From positions 3,329,564 through 3,393,563 of the forward strand of contig BCIN01000002.1 in NCBI GenBank assembly GCA_039545335.1: DNA of 64,000 nucleotides. Reading direction: 5' to 3'. Position 1 is the first letter of the stretch, and every line of letters begins with the position of its first letter. The translations under genes and the position numbers were made by a program. Shown here piece after piece: positions 48,592 to 61,035 of this stretch. The notes beneath the pieces were generated by a model that saw nothing but the letters and a program-made list of their open reading frames with translations, did no database searches and was not told where the DNA came from. Source of the DNA: Kondoa subrosea. Lineage: Eukaryota.

Positions 48592-49012
48592 ATGGGTTCG
48601 GTTTTGCAAGATTATCTAAACAGTCGGTTATGACTGCATTCGATGTATTGCTAAGTTGACATTCTTGATGTCAGGCTTGCCCAAGATGGCACCTTCTGAA
48701 TATCTAAAGAGCTCTGCTGCTACTCTTCTCAGTCCTGTTACTGTCGAAGCAGGCGATGTAGATCAGTCAGAAACCTCATTGCAAGTTTTGGAAGCGAAAG
48801 AACGTCATCTCAAAGCTGAGTTGCGACAACTTTGTCTCGAAGAAACCAATCTCCGAGACCACATGCCTGTCACCGACTACTCTTCTGCTCAAGCTTTCAG
48901 TAAAGACGGGAGAGCTATGAAGATGGAAGCAGAAGATACTGCTCTGCTTGAGAGGATGCGCGAAGTAGCTGATGCCGAATGGGAAGTCGAAGGTGGCGCT
49001 TTTCTGCCTTGA
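48592..49012 (+). CDS. Small coiled-coil protein of about 120 aa, function unknown
   Basis: MGSVLQDYLN|SLPKMAPSEY... with one intron at about 48623-48674; heptad segment LQVLEAKERHLKAELRQLCLEETNLRDHM. Confidence 0.6.
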
Positions 49013-49229
49013 TTATAAGCTTCTGCTTACACTTCTTCGTGATGTGTCAGAGGCTGAACAGCGGGAAGAGTACAAGCAGGCGTATCAGCGCGTTTCCTGA
49101 TATGTTATGAAGATCTTCCTTTAGATATGCTTAGTCTTGTATCTTTCCTTTGAACTTTTCCATGATGACCAATGAGCGTGTCGACTCGCGCCAAAGTCAA
49201 TATGAGCCTTTTCTCATAATCGTTCAACC

Positions 49230-50681
49230 ATGTTCAAATGGTTCGCCGCAGGGACTGGAGCAGCTGTAGCCGGTGCAGCAACAGCAAAGATGACTGATAA
49301 CAAGCAAGAAGCATCTGCCAGTCCACTTTATCCATCTTCGACTTCCACACCCATTGCTTCTGCTCCGAATTCTGTTGTGCATTATGAAGCACCTGGTAGC
49401 ATCATTCCTTTCTCTAATCCTGGTCCTATTGCAGATTTGCTGAAACGGTATGTTCCCCCTTTCACATACATTTAGGAATAGCTGAATGCCGAAATATAGT
49501 CAGGCCTATATAACAGCATACGACAGACGCATGAAGCATCCAGCTTGGGTAAGTATCTTATCGCGATACTTGTCTCAAGCTGAATTGAGCGCTCAGACAG
49601 CGGAACATCTTACTGCAGCAAATCTGACAAGTGCTGGAGGAACAACTCGAGAGAAATCTATGTTCAAGGAAGACGAGTCGATACCCGATATGTTCCGCGC
49701 CAGACTGTCTGGTGTGTTTTAGCTTAGGACAGGACCTCAACTTGCTGACTACTTGAGAAGACTACTTCAGATCTGGATACGATCGAGGACACATGGTTCG
49801 TACACATTCCAGCTGTCATGAATTTGGCTCACGCCAATGTCAAGGTACCGGCAGCGGATGCGAAGCGCTCCCAAGTACGCTTCTTGCGCTTCACTATTGC
49901 ATAGCTGACTGAGTGATCTTGATTAGTCTGCAATGGACGAAACCTTTCTTCTGTCCAACATGGCACCGCAAGTGGGAGAATTCTTTAACAGACATTGTAA
50001 GTCGCCCTTATCACTTCAACATCCTGCTAATCCAATGCTGCGTAGATTGGGCTTACCTGGAAGACTTTTGTCGCAAATTGACACTACCGTTTGCGCATGT
50101 CTATGTGTTTACTGTACCTCTTTATTGTGAGCCATTACTGCGAGCCCATTCTTTCGGACTGAATATGAAATTAGTACCGAAAAAGGATCCGATAGACGGA
50201 AAATGGAAAGTCACATATGAAGTAATTGGAGCGGCTCCGAATGTTTCAGTGCCTACGCACGTAGGTCTCACCATTCTCGTGCAGTAATTGAGCTCACTTG
50301 GTCTGTTCAGTTCGCCAAAGTCGTTCTTGGCGCAAAATATGGATTCCCTGGCGAACGTCAAACTGAAACGTCTATTGGCGCTTTCGTTCTGCCAAACGCG
50401 CCGATACCAGATGAGACGCCTCTGATCTCTTTTAGCGTACCTGGCAAGTTCAGCAGTCCCTAATTTCGCCCTCATTTTGATACCGCGATTGAATAGTTGA
50501 CGCCGTTGAAAGAGCAGCTGGTCTGACTCTATTTAGCGATGCACTGAAGAATAGCTCGAAGGAGCTTTGCAAAACGATCAGTTGTGTAGTGACAATTCGA
50601 CGGTTTGACGATGCAGTCAAGGGGAGGAAAGGATTGCCCAACAGCCGCGATGAGCAGAATCGCATAAAAGGCCCCAGATGA
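49230..50681 (+). CDS. NUC1: Mitochondrial endonuclease G (Nuc1)
   Basis: Motifs AYDRRMKHPAW|TAEHLT, SGYDRGHM|VPAADAK, MDETFLLSNMAPQVG, NVSVPTH|FAKVVL and FVLPN. Confidence 0.96.
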
Positions 50682-50887
50682 CAACAGGAAAGATTTAATA
50701 TCGAGATAGTGGGGACGTGACGGCGAGGATTATTGAGACTTGATATAGCACTGTATAACTTGCTTTTGCGTATGTACTTGTTTGCGCAACTCTATGCTCG
50801 TGACACCCTTGCCCAATCGACTGTGACAGTATCTAACAGATACAGCGCTTTAAGTACGAGCAGTCATGAAAGCTAGGCAGGAACGAA

Positions 50888-51640
50888 CTAAGCACGACTG
50901 GCAGCTCCACTACAAAATTTGCCGTCAATAAGCACAACAAGCAGGCAAATGACAGAAGCTCACGTGAAAGGATCCATCTTTTGATCTTTCTTCATCTGCT
51001 CCGTAGCTTCCTCCCATTCCTTTGTGACAGTATGTATTTTTGGTCCACCTGAAGATGGATACAATGAGCTTCCAGATACCTCATTTACACAACAAGCTCA
51101 CCTTGTGATCGTACTGCAGCAAACACACCAACAGCAGCGACCATAGCCCCAATAGTGCCAAAGAAGATCTTGATGTTCGATCCAGGCGGTACTATTGGTT
51201 CACGAGGTCCATGAGGGCCGAAAGAGACATAATAGGCTGATATTCAAAGCTCAAGAACATCGTCTACCGTCAAGCGATAGGGCAGCTCACCAGCTTTCTT
51301 CTCGTTAAGAGACAACTCTTTCCAATCCTTCTTTTGCAGAGCTTCGAGATGCTTGAAGACTGATTCTTGTTCCGAAGGTGTGAGCGATTTCCAGGATGCT
51401 TCGATCTAAAAGATTCAAATCAGTGATCATTGATTGGCGTAAAGCGATAGATGACCAAAGCCAGCGGGCCAAATTGAGCCCTGACTGCAACGGGAAACTC
51501 ACGCTGCCTAGATCTGGGAGGGCTGCAGAGGAAGAGCCAGGTGTAGGGGTAGCGACTGCTGTAGCATAGCCATTACGGGACAACGAGGAGCGCAAGTTGT
51601 TGACAGCCAAACTTCTCTTGCTAAGCTGGGAAGCTCTCAT
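50888..51640 (-). CDS. COX5: Cytochrome c oxidase subunit IV (yeast Cox5 family)
   Basis: Presequence-like N-terminus, EKDWKELSLNEKKA|AYYVSFGPHGPREP, one transmembrane helix and TVTKEWEEA. Confidence 0.92.
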
Positions 51641-51858
51641 CGCAATTGCGTGCATTTCGGTAGTCTAGGTATTAACACAGGTCGGAGCAAAGGAATGAGT
51701 CAAAGCAGCAGCCAATACAAGTCGTCGAGCGAGAGAAGGGTTTTTGGTGAATCGGTTAGATTCGGACTTATGCCCGCGCGCTCTCACTTCATGAAGAGCT
51801 TTATATGCAGAGGATGCAGGGATGTAAGTACACAGAATACACGGAACGAGAGTGGAAA

Positions 51859-54659
51859 CTAAGTAGGTCGCATCTGGAAAGAAAGAAAGCACAATCAGCG
51901 TCAAAGACAAAGCCGGAAAGAGAAACTACCTTCGCGTTCTGGAGTGAGGCATATATGTCAGGGTAAGGAGATTCAGTCGAATCATAAACTGACCTTTACT
52001 ATGAGTGCCTTGTATTGCGAGACATCGCCATAGTGTTTTGCAGCTCTGCCTTCTGACACTACCCATAAATCTTTGCAGACTTCGTTGATGAACTATCAAA
52101 CCTATTAGCAGTGGCAATCATATGCGACGAGGCACTTACTCTTTCGTCGTGTGATACAACGAGTACTCCACCGGTGAAAACTGCCAGAGCTGCACTCAAA
52201 GCATCATGTGCTTCGATATCCAAATGATTGGTAGGTTCGCTGAAGAGGGATGTCAGTCGGTTGCTTTATATGTGTATGCAAAACTTACTCGAGAATTAAA
52301 AGATGTGGTCTTTGCAAAGCCAAGATGGCAAAGGCTACTCTTGACTTTTGACCTGCAAATGGACAGATATCAAAGGCGATAAAACAACATTTAGAAGCAA
52401 GTCACCTCCAGACAGTGTTCCTATCAGCTGCAAACCAGTGAGTCCAGTCAAACCAAAGTGACCAAGCTGGGTTCTGTATGCTTGTGAATCTTGACCGGGG
52501 AACAATCGTGCAAGATAAGCCACGGGCGAAATATCCAGAGGCAATGTATCGACTTGATGCTGTGCAAAGTCTGGAAAACTGTGTGAACACAATGTTCTAG
52601 TCGCCTGCGAAGCAACATACAAGAAACACGAAGTCGCCCATTTCGATTCATTTTACCATCGCTTGGTGTGAGTTCGCCAATGAGAAGCTTCAACAAAGTA
52701 GATTTGCCGGCTCCCTAACGTGATATTTAGCTGCTGCACGAAATGAAGTACTGCGGACGAGTGGCATACATTGGGTCCGATCAGACCAATGCGAGAATCG
52801 AGACCAATATCGATATTGACCCCTTGAAGAATGACTTTGCCTGTTCCTTCGTAGCTGAACTTGACTTCTTCCAATTGTAGTAAAGGTGGACTTAATTTGT
52901 CGGCTTCGTGGAACTTGAACTTGACAATGGCATCGTCTTCCGGTGGTTCTAGTTCAGGTAGTTTTTCCAGGATTTTGATCTTCATTTGTGCTTGTGCCGC
53001 TCTGTTTGCATTGTAACGCCATCGATCGATGAAGGCTTGCAGACCAGCTCGATACATCTGTTGCGCTTCGTATTCCCGCTTTTGAGCCTTTGCACGCTCT
53101 TCCTTTGTAGCATAGAATTGTGTGAAGTTACCTGAGTACTGACGTTAGTAACACACACAAAGCTGAGCATACAACTTGCCCTTATAGTAATCTAAGCGCT
53201 GAGAATGTTGATGTACGATATCTGTCGCTACCCTATCGAGGAAAGCACGATCATGTGATACGACCAGCAGAGTTCCGGTCCAAGATGTGGAGAGATAATC
53301 TTCTAGCCATGCCAAAGCAACTAAATCCAAATTGTTCGAGGGCTCATCCCTAACAAACTCGATTTAGCAGCAAACCACATGCATGCAATCCTTACTCACA
53401 GTAAGAGTAGATCAGGCTTGACAAAGAGTGCTCTAGCTAAACTCAAGCGCATTCTCCACCCACCGGAAAATGTTCTTGTTGCTTTTTCCTGATCCTCGGA
53501 AGTGAAACCTAAACCGTATAGCAGTTCTGCCGCTCTTGTTGGACCGGTCTCTGCGTCAATATCCAGAAGGAGCTGATGCACTTCGCCTAGCCTGACGCTA
53601 GCTTTCTCTTTCGCTTTCTCGTCTGCTGTTGAGTTGAGCTGTTCGTTCAATTCCTTCTCCTCCGCCATCAGGCGTTCTCTCCATACGTCCGCGCTGAGAA
53701 CACATTGTAGAGCTGAAGTATCATCGCCATGTGCTTCCTGCTCGACATAGAGGATAGATATATGGTTGCTGTGGCAGCGCTTATAAGCTGCGGCAATCGT
53801 AACAACTGAATGTAAAGCCTTACGGGATCGGTACCTAGAACAATCATCAGCCTCAGTCAAAGCAAGAATATGGCGTGACAGACTTCTCGCATTGCCATTT
53901 GCTTGAGCAGAGTAGTCTTACCGATACCGTTCCGCCCGATGAGACCATATCGCTGACATTACAGCATACATCAGTCATTATTTGCATCAAGAAAGCACTA
54001 CTAACCCTTCCAGCCGCCAAGGTAAGTTCGCCCGATGACAAAATGCGCAGAGAGCCAAAAGAGACATCGATGTTGACGAGATGAATGTCCTTGCTCTTGC
54101 CCTTCGCTTGACCCAACGATGATAAGGGATTTATCGCCATGAAAAGTTCCTCGTATTCTTTTTGTTTCTTGCTGGCATCCAGTAATTTTGTGCCCTCGTA
54201 CAGCTCCATACCGGTTCTTTTCGCCCTCTTTTCTGCTTTAGCCTTGATCTTGAGTTCGGCCTTCTCCAGCTTGGCCAAATCAACTTGAGTTGTTCGAGCT
54301 TTAGTCGTCGATGCGATGTCGACCGAACCTGGAAGGACTCCAGAAGCACCAGCTGAGAAAGCAGACAGAGTGACAATATGGTCAAGCTGCTTTGCACCCT
54401 TTGATGTAGACATAGTTCCGCCTCCAGCAGTTCGCATGAGATCTTTCAGTTGCTCAATCAAGTTCGACATTTTGGGTTCAGGCATATCTTCATCCTCCAG
54501 AGTGGGCCTGACGAGCGATTCGAGCTCTTCTCCATTGTCCTCTTGTATCGAAATCAGAGACCCAGGATCCAAAATATAATCCGTCAAGTAATTCAGCAAA
54601 GTGCGATCACAAGCTGGATTGACAGAGCTAGCCAATAGGTCAGCAGCGGCTTGAGACAT
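51859..54659 (-). CDS. GCN20: ABCF ATPase Gcn20/ABCF3
   Basis: Two nucleotide-binding domains ([59 protein letters not shown]), the linker [19 protein letters not shown], and no transmembrane segments. Confidence 0.93.
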
Positions 54660-54810
54660 GGGTAACAGCCTTTCAAGGGGGTATCTGGCTTGCAAATGGT
54701 AATCTAAGGACGACAGGCAAACTTGGCTCAAATTGAGGATAACTTCTGACAGCGTTATCATCTCTATTACACGCAGTACAACACCTTTTTCTACCTCTAC
54801 AACAAGATCT

Positions 54811-56909
54811 CTAGAAAAGCTTCGGCGGAAGCCCAGTATTTGACATAGCAACAGGTGATAGCTACCAAGTCGTAAGATCAGGGTTGAAGCGAAGAGCGAA
54901 GATAGCCTACTAAATGATGATGCACCAAATTGAGTGCTTTGACTGCATCTCGGCTGTCTATAACGCAACTAGAAAGCCACATTAGGATTGAATTGGACAA
55001 CACTTCCAGTTGCCTTACGAAGTATTGATCTCAGATGCTCCTTGCGAGATGGCTTCAATGTTGACATTGCCTTCAGCAAGTACACTGTACCAGCATCACA
55101 TGAAGATGAGCAAGCAGTGAGCAGACTCGCTGACTTACGTAAACATCCTTCCAGCTATACCGACCATATTCTTCATCTGCTTCCCGACCAAGCTGAGAAT
55201 GGTAAGGTCTCGCTTGTATGTGACTTCGCCAACCACAGAAAGCTCAGCAACCACCTTATCGAGCAAGCTTTTCTTGAAACCGTTGTGCATACTCAGACTG
55301 AGCTGAACTTCGGAAGTTGAAATCAGGTCTACTATAATGCCGTATCGATCTAAGGTACTGAAAGCTTTTGCAAAGAAGCCATGGCTGATAGTCTTCCGAT
55401 TCGATCGGATGTTAAGCATAAGGATATTATCTTTGATTGTAACTGCCGTAGGTAATCTTTTGCCAACAAGAAAGCCATTTGGCGGGTGAGAAGGTTTTGC
55501 AAAAGGTGAGGCTGCCGTAGGTGAAGGCGCGTCAGGATAGATGATAGTACCCGCTCCTGCGGGATTCTCCACATTCTTGATGCGGATTGGAATAGCAGCT
55601 TTGATAACTTGCTCCATAGTGAAGGGGTGAATGACTTCTGATCCATAGTAAGTGAGTTCAGCGGCTTCTTCTGGTGTTATTTGGGCCAACACCCTCGCTG
55701 TTGGCACTTTTCTCGGATCGGCTGTAAAAATGCCATCCACTTCTTTCCATATCTGAAGTTCTGCCGCTTTCAGACCGACAGCACACAGAGCAGCGCACAG
55801 ATCCGTATAGCCGCGACCTATCTGAGAGAGAAGAGAACCAGGAACAATGCCGAAGAAGCCTAATGGACGTTGAAAAAGAGGTGGAGAATAGCCTGGACGG
55901 ACTGACCAGTAACAACCGGTACTCTGTCCCCGCACTGTCTCAACCTCGCGCCTAGACTTTCAGCTAACCTATTGTAGAATTCTTCACCCAGCGCGACAGG
56001 CCCAGTGGAATATGTAAGTTCCTCTTGCTTCTGAATTATTGTCTCCAGCGTGACAAGCTCGGAGTCTATGCCCTGCACGTCGCTTTGAGTATCACTATTC
56101 TGTTTGTGAAAGAATGGACTTACTCTGTCCTGCAGAACGGCTGCAACTATTCTGCACGACAGTTTCTCGCCCACACCCATAATGATGTCTCTGCTCTTTA
56201 GGGAGATTTCGTCCAATATTTGAGCTGCTGTAAGAAAGCTCCGCAGTCTCTCGCAGTCGTACTCCAGTTCTTCTTCTAGCTGAGCAAGAATCTCTTCATC
56301 TTTTACAAAGCGCTTCGCTGCAGCTATGTGGTCGGCTTTGATCTGATCAACAGTTGTATGATATGCTGCTGTTTGCTGATTATCGTCTATCGAGTAGAGG
56401 GATGATATTGAGTTGCTCATGTTGCGAAATGCAAAGGGAGATGGCGATGTAGAGCGAGTCGCGGGCGAAGAAGAAGAAGACAGGGCAGAGATTGAATTTG
56501 AAAGTACAGAAGATGAAGCCGTCCGTACAGGCTTCTTTGGCGAACTGTTGCCAGTTGCCGGAGGTGTGGCATTGTGTCTGTCGTTCGCAAGTTCGCCAGA
56601 CTCTTCGCTGTTTGTTTGCAATGCTTCGGAAGCAGCTCTGAGTAATAGATTGGTCGTTCCTGTTGCTTTTGTATCGCCAGACCTTGCTGAACAGACCAGG
56701 ACCAGCCGCTGATTGCTATTCAAGGCATTCCTAAATTTTTGAACATCTTCCACTATTAAAGGCTGAGGATGCTCGTTACTCGCTATAGCTTACGGCACAA
56801 TCTGCTCCGCTATGTTGTCCATGAATCGTCCCAAGCTGGTTCCACCAATCTTCGCTACAATCCATGGTCCAGTTCCGTTACAGCTCGAATTCCCATTTGT
56901 ACTGCTCAT
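54811..56909 (-). CDS. HOM3: Aspartate kinase
   Basis: Motifs WIVAKIGGTS, LVCSARS, GEKLSC, IGRGYTDL, WKEVDGIFTADPRKVP and EEAAELTYYGSEVIHP, with two ACT domains. Confidence 0.96.
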
Positions 56910-57125
56910 GTCTGGCTTGATAGATACAGTGGGTATATCGCTCGCAATCCCGACCAGTGAGCTGAATGATATCCTAGGACTTTGGTATGCGAGTGAATCG
57001 TTTCGAGTCAAACGTTAGCGGTCAAATGGGGTTGATAAGTAGAGACGTAAGCACACTACAGAAAGCGCAATACAAGGTGTCGTTAGACCAGTACAAAACA
57101 TACAATACTCCTGTGTTCGCTCAGC

Positions 57126-59032
57126 TCACAGCTTCGCTCCCAAACCCAATGCTGTCTTGATGGCTTGGCGGACACCCAAATCAAGCATCTGCGCCAACGA
57201 GAATCAGAGGGACTTATTGTGTGAAGCCCTGTGAACACTCACCACTTCTTCGCTTCCTCCGGGGATAGTAATGCCTCGAACCTCACGATAGATGCGTTCG
57301 ATTCTTTCCGCTCTTCCGCCCCGAGTATATCCAATACCGCCGACAATCTGTACGGCCTCCCGACTGAAATTAACATACTGATCAGCATGAGGTATGCCAA
57401 ATGATAGGGAAGACTTACGCTACCAGTTCAAGGACTAAACCTGTATGCGCCTTGAGTAGAGCAGTAGTCCCTCCCAGTAGTCTGTTGCCTTCTTCGTGAC
57501 TGCAGATCGATCAAAAAACGCTGCAAGTGATCACGAAGTTGAACTAACCTGAGATTCTCAAGTTGATAGATCAAGGACTCAATCCACGCCTGCTGACTTT
57601 CTATTACCTAGTGTTGCCGTATCAGCGCTGCATCGGTAGTTACAGTCTACAGTCTGCTCACTCTGGCCATATGCGCAAGTTTGAAGCGAATGACAGGCTG
57701 GCTGAGCAAAGTTTGCTTGAAGACCATACGACCCGATGCATATCTGTAATTAGAATCGTCAAAATATGCTGCTTGACAGTTAAAGCGACTGATTCGCACG
57801 ACAAAGCATCTTCAATGCAACATCGAGCCATTCGATTTGCGTTGTAAGCAATCATCATACGTTCCTAAACAAGAGATGAGTTGTAGCTTTCGAGACCAGA
57901 CCAAATACTCACATGATTGAAGTTCTGCAAAATATACGAGAAGGCCTTCCCCTCCTCGCCTAAAAGGTATTCAACGGGTACTTTTACATCCTCGAAATCC
58001 AGGTAAGATGTTCCAGCACTTGCAGTGCCAGAAAGCTTCATCTTGCGAGTCTTGACACCCTCAAGACGAGGAATTAGCAAGAAAGTCAGGCCTTTCGGAT
58101 CTCCTGGTTGGCCAGAAGTTCGGACTGCAGTGGTGAAGTAATCGGACCAGACTTGGTTATGTCGAAATTGATGTCTTATAATCAAATCATGTACAGCGAG
58201 AGCTTACCAGCATTTGTGATCCACTTCTTCGAACCATTAACGATATAATGTTTTCCATCTTTGGACTTCACGGCAGAAGTCGAAACGTTCTTGACATCAG
58301 ATCCAGCTTCTGGCTGCGACAACAGCATAAGTTCGGACAGAAAAGATAGCGCTGTTTTGATCTACCTCTGTTATTGCCAAACAAACTCGCTTCTCGCCGC
58401 GAATTAAAGGCGGAATGACCTTTTGCTTTAGTGCTTTGCTCCCGTATCGCGAGATTGGCGGAAACCCGATTTGAAGACCTCCAAACAGACCCATCACTAG
58501 TGGTAACTTTAGCTTTCCTTATCGTTCCCTCGTCCAGACCGAATAGGTGCTAACATGTTCCGAGTCCGCCAACACGATTCAACTCGTCTATCATCACAAA
58601 GTCACTGCAATTCATGTCGATAAAGCCTCCCAGCTGCTGCAGGAAGCGTGGCTCACTGAAAACCTGGCAATATCAAACACCAAATAAGCGACTTATCGAA
58701 TCAAGCTGACAGCGAAACTGACCATTCCAGTCGTCAGGCGATATACCTGCAATAATTCCTCTATTGTCCTTTGCATTTACCCATTCCTTCTCTATATGAG
58801 TGCCAAAGGCAAAGGGCAGCATCATTCCAGCTTTAGCCGCTTCCTTGAGCATATTATGATCGGGTTCGCCAGCTTCTTCCCAATCTGCAACGTTCTCCAT
58901 CAGGTGTTCTTCCACAAAAGCGCGAGTTAGCGCTCTGAGTTTGCGATGCGATTCATTGTAGTAAGGCGACGGCAGAGAATGCCACGCAGGCTCAGCAAAA
59001 GGTATCAAAGATGTAGCAGATTCAGCAGACAT
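57126..59032 (-). CDS. Acyl-CoA dehydrogenase, C-terminal AKL (PTS1)
   Basis: Motifs IPFAEPAW...SPYYNESH, CLAITE|PEAGSDV, VNGSKKWITN, NFNH|ER, EAVQIVGGIGYTRGG and IPGGSEEV; ends LGAKL-TGA. Confidence 0.95.
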
Positions 59033-59138
59033 GACTAGAAGATGGAATATTGTGATTGTACAAGCAAGCTAAGCGAGCCAGGACCAAAGTCTGAAACAAG
59101 AGGTGAACCAAAACTCTCGGCAATGTCAAGTTGGCAGA

Positions 59139-60899
59139 ATGGAGCAAGCGGTAGGAATTATCGATGAGCGTGAGTCAGACCAAGGCAGCGCAACAGAGCA
59201 AATATAGTAGCTAAGTCACTATGGCCGACAGAGGACAAGAGGAATTCGAGCGATAAGATCACTGATTTGCGGCTTACACCGTGACAGCCCAAGTAATCTC
59301 TAACGCGTCTACAGCTTGAGCACTCCGCAAGGTATAAGTGCAGGATGGCCAGACCTTGCAAATCCATGAATTGGATCTCATTGTGGAGCACAACAGAAGA
59401 AGGCAAACAATGGACTTCAGTCAGGTGCCTCAAGGTCAGTTCCAGGACAAGACAGTCATGGTGCCTGCATACTGATCACAGCAACTGCAGTGCGGTGAAA
59501 GGTATATTGTATGATGAAACTCGTCTCGTTCGGCTTACTAAGCAAAGGTTGACAGGCTACTGGATAGAATAAAGGCAGATGCCGTCTACTCTACACTGTT
59601 TCCATCAGCGGATTCACATCACTTCATAGACTGTATGTCACTCTTCGCGGTTTGCGTCATGAAATATTTGACATCGAAAGTATAGGTTCAATGAGCAAGG
59701 TTGGAGGTCTTACTCAAGGCAATCTTCGCCGAAGAGAAGACCTATGTCAAGCTGAGCGGCTACACATGGCCAAGGTCGCGGCGAAGCGGCTCAATCGAGG
59801 TGACTTCAGCATGGGCGAGCTGAAGAAACTGGCAGAACAGAATGGCGAAGATGTGGAAAAATATCTCTATGATGTAGCATTGAGACCGCGAGCTTCCGCA
59901 CCTTGCCTTCATTCTCTAGCTGAGCTGTTCTGGAATAGGAAGCTGGAAATACCGCAAAACCTACCTCGGCTCCGTCAGCGACCTCAATCAGTAGACCTGA
60001 AGCCTGAAATTTCTGCTGAAGCAAAGGGCAAAGGTCGTGCTATCATTGACTCCTCTGAGGATGACGAGGACGAAGATCGTATGCGCGGTACAGAAGAGAA
60101 TACAGATGCCAAGCCTGAAATCATGTGTGTCCTCTTTTTTTGCGTTGTTCCGCTTTACTGATTCATTCACAAAAGTACGGCACCTTTGCAAGTCAAGGAC
60201 TACAAATGGCCGGAAGATGTTCAGCTGGAGAAGCTTCGAAATGGCTATGTAGTACCTCGAACAGAAGAAACGTTAGCGAGATTAGCCAACCCCGAAGCCA
60301 AGTCGAAACGTTCAGGCTCGAGCTCTCAATCAGTCGATAAAGATGAGGATATGTCGGACACAAGTGCAAATAACAGACGGAAAAGTCGCAGGATAACGAA
60401 TGTGTGTTCTGGACGATGTCGCTGATTTCTCGCAGACACTGACATGTTTTATGTAGCGGCAACGGGGAGCGCAACTACCACATCTTGAATTGGTCGACCT
60501 AGAAGCGCAACTCGCAGGTAAAGCAAAAGCCAAGGCGAAGAAGACAGCCAAAGCGCATCACAATTATGCTTCTGTTGAAAATCTCCTGGAAGACCTTGGT
60601 CTAGAATTCGCGGATGCAGCTGCTGATGCACTGAAGCAGTTCAAGGTTATCAATACATCGCAATTTTCTCGCTTTACACCAATCTGGTCAGTGAGTTCGA
60701 TCCAGAACGCACCTTGATTGAGCTCTGTAGTAGGTGGAAGTTCTTTTGCAACGACAGGCTTTCGAGATTGCTATCAGCGGAACAAACGATAGGTACGGTC
60801 CGGCTTTCACCTACGCAAGATCGATTTGACGAATTCTCAACAGAATTGTCAACGGTTGTCGAAACTTGGCTCGTGGATCTGGGACGAGTCAGTACATGA
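59139..60899 (+). CDS. Hypothetical multi-exon protein; 5' exons unresolved
   Basis: Protein-like frames 59652-60161, 60186-60425, 60490-60717 and 60714-60899 are separated by intron-like segments. No domain recognised. Confidence 0.5.
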
Positions 60900-61035
60900 T
60901 TACCCTGGATGATAAGGCTCGCCCCACAAGCGCGGGTATATCCTTATTCCCGACTCTGCATAATGTTTCTCAAGTGCATAACACTCGAGACTTGTGAAGA
61001 AAGCGGGTTTTTTCCTGTGACCAAAGTGTAGCTAT

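Noticed and set aside
54660..54968. N-terminal extension of the Gcn20 ORF given in the ORF track
   Set aside because: It overlaps the last exons of aspartate kinase in another frame; the likely start is MSQAAADL at 54659.
56400..56620. Ser-rich insertion in aspartate kinase
   Set aside because: It is a low-complexity loop at a position that is variable in fungal aspartate kinases; nothing suggests an intein or an extra domain.
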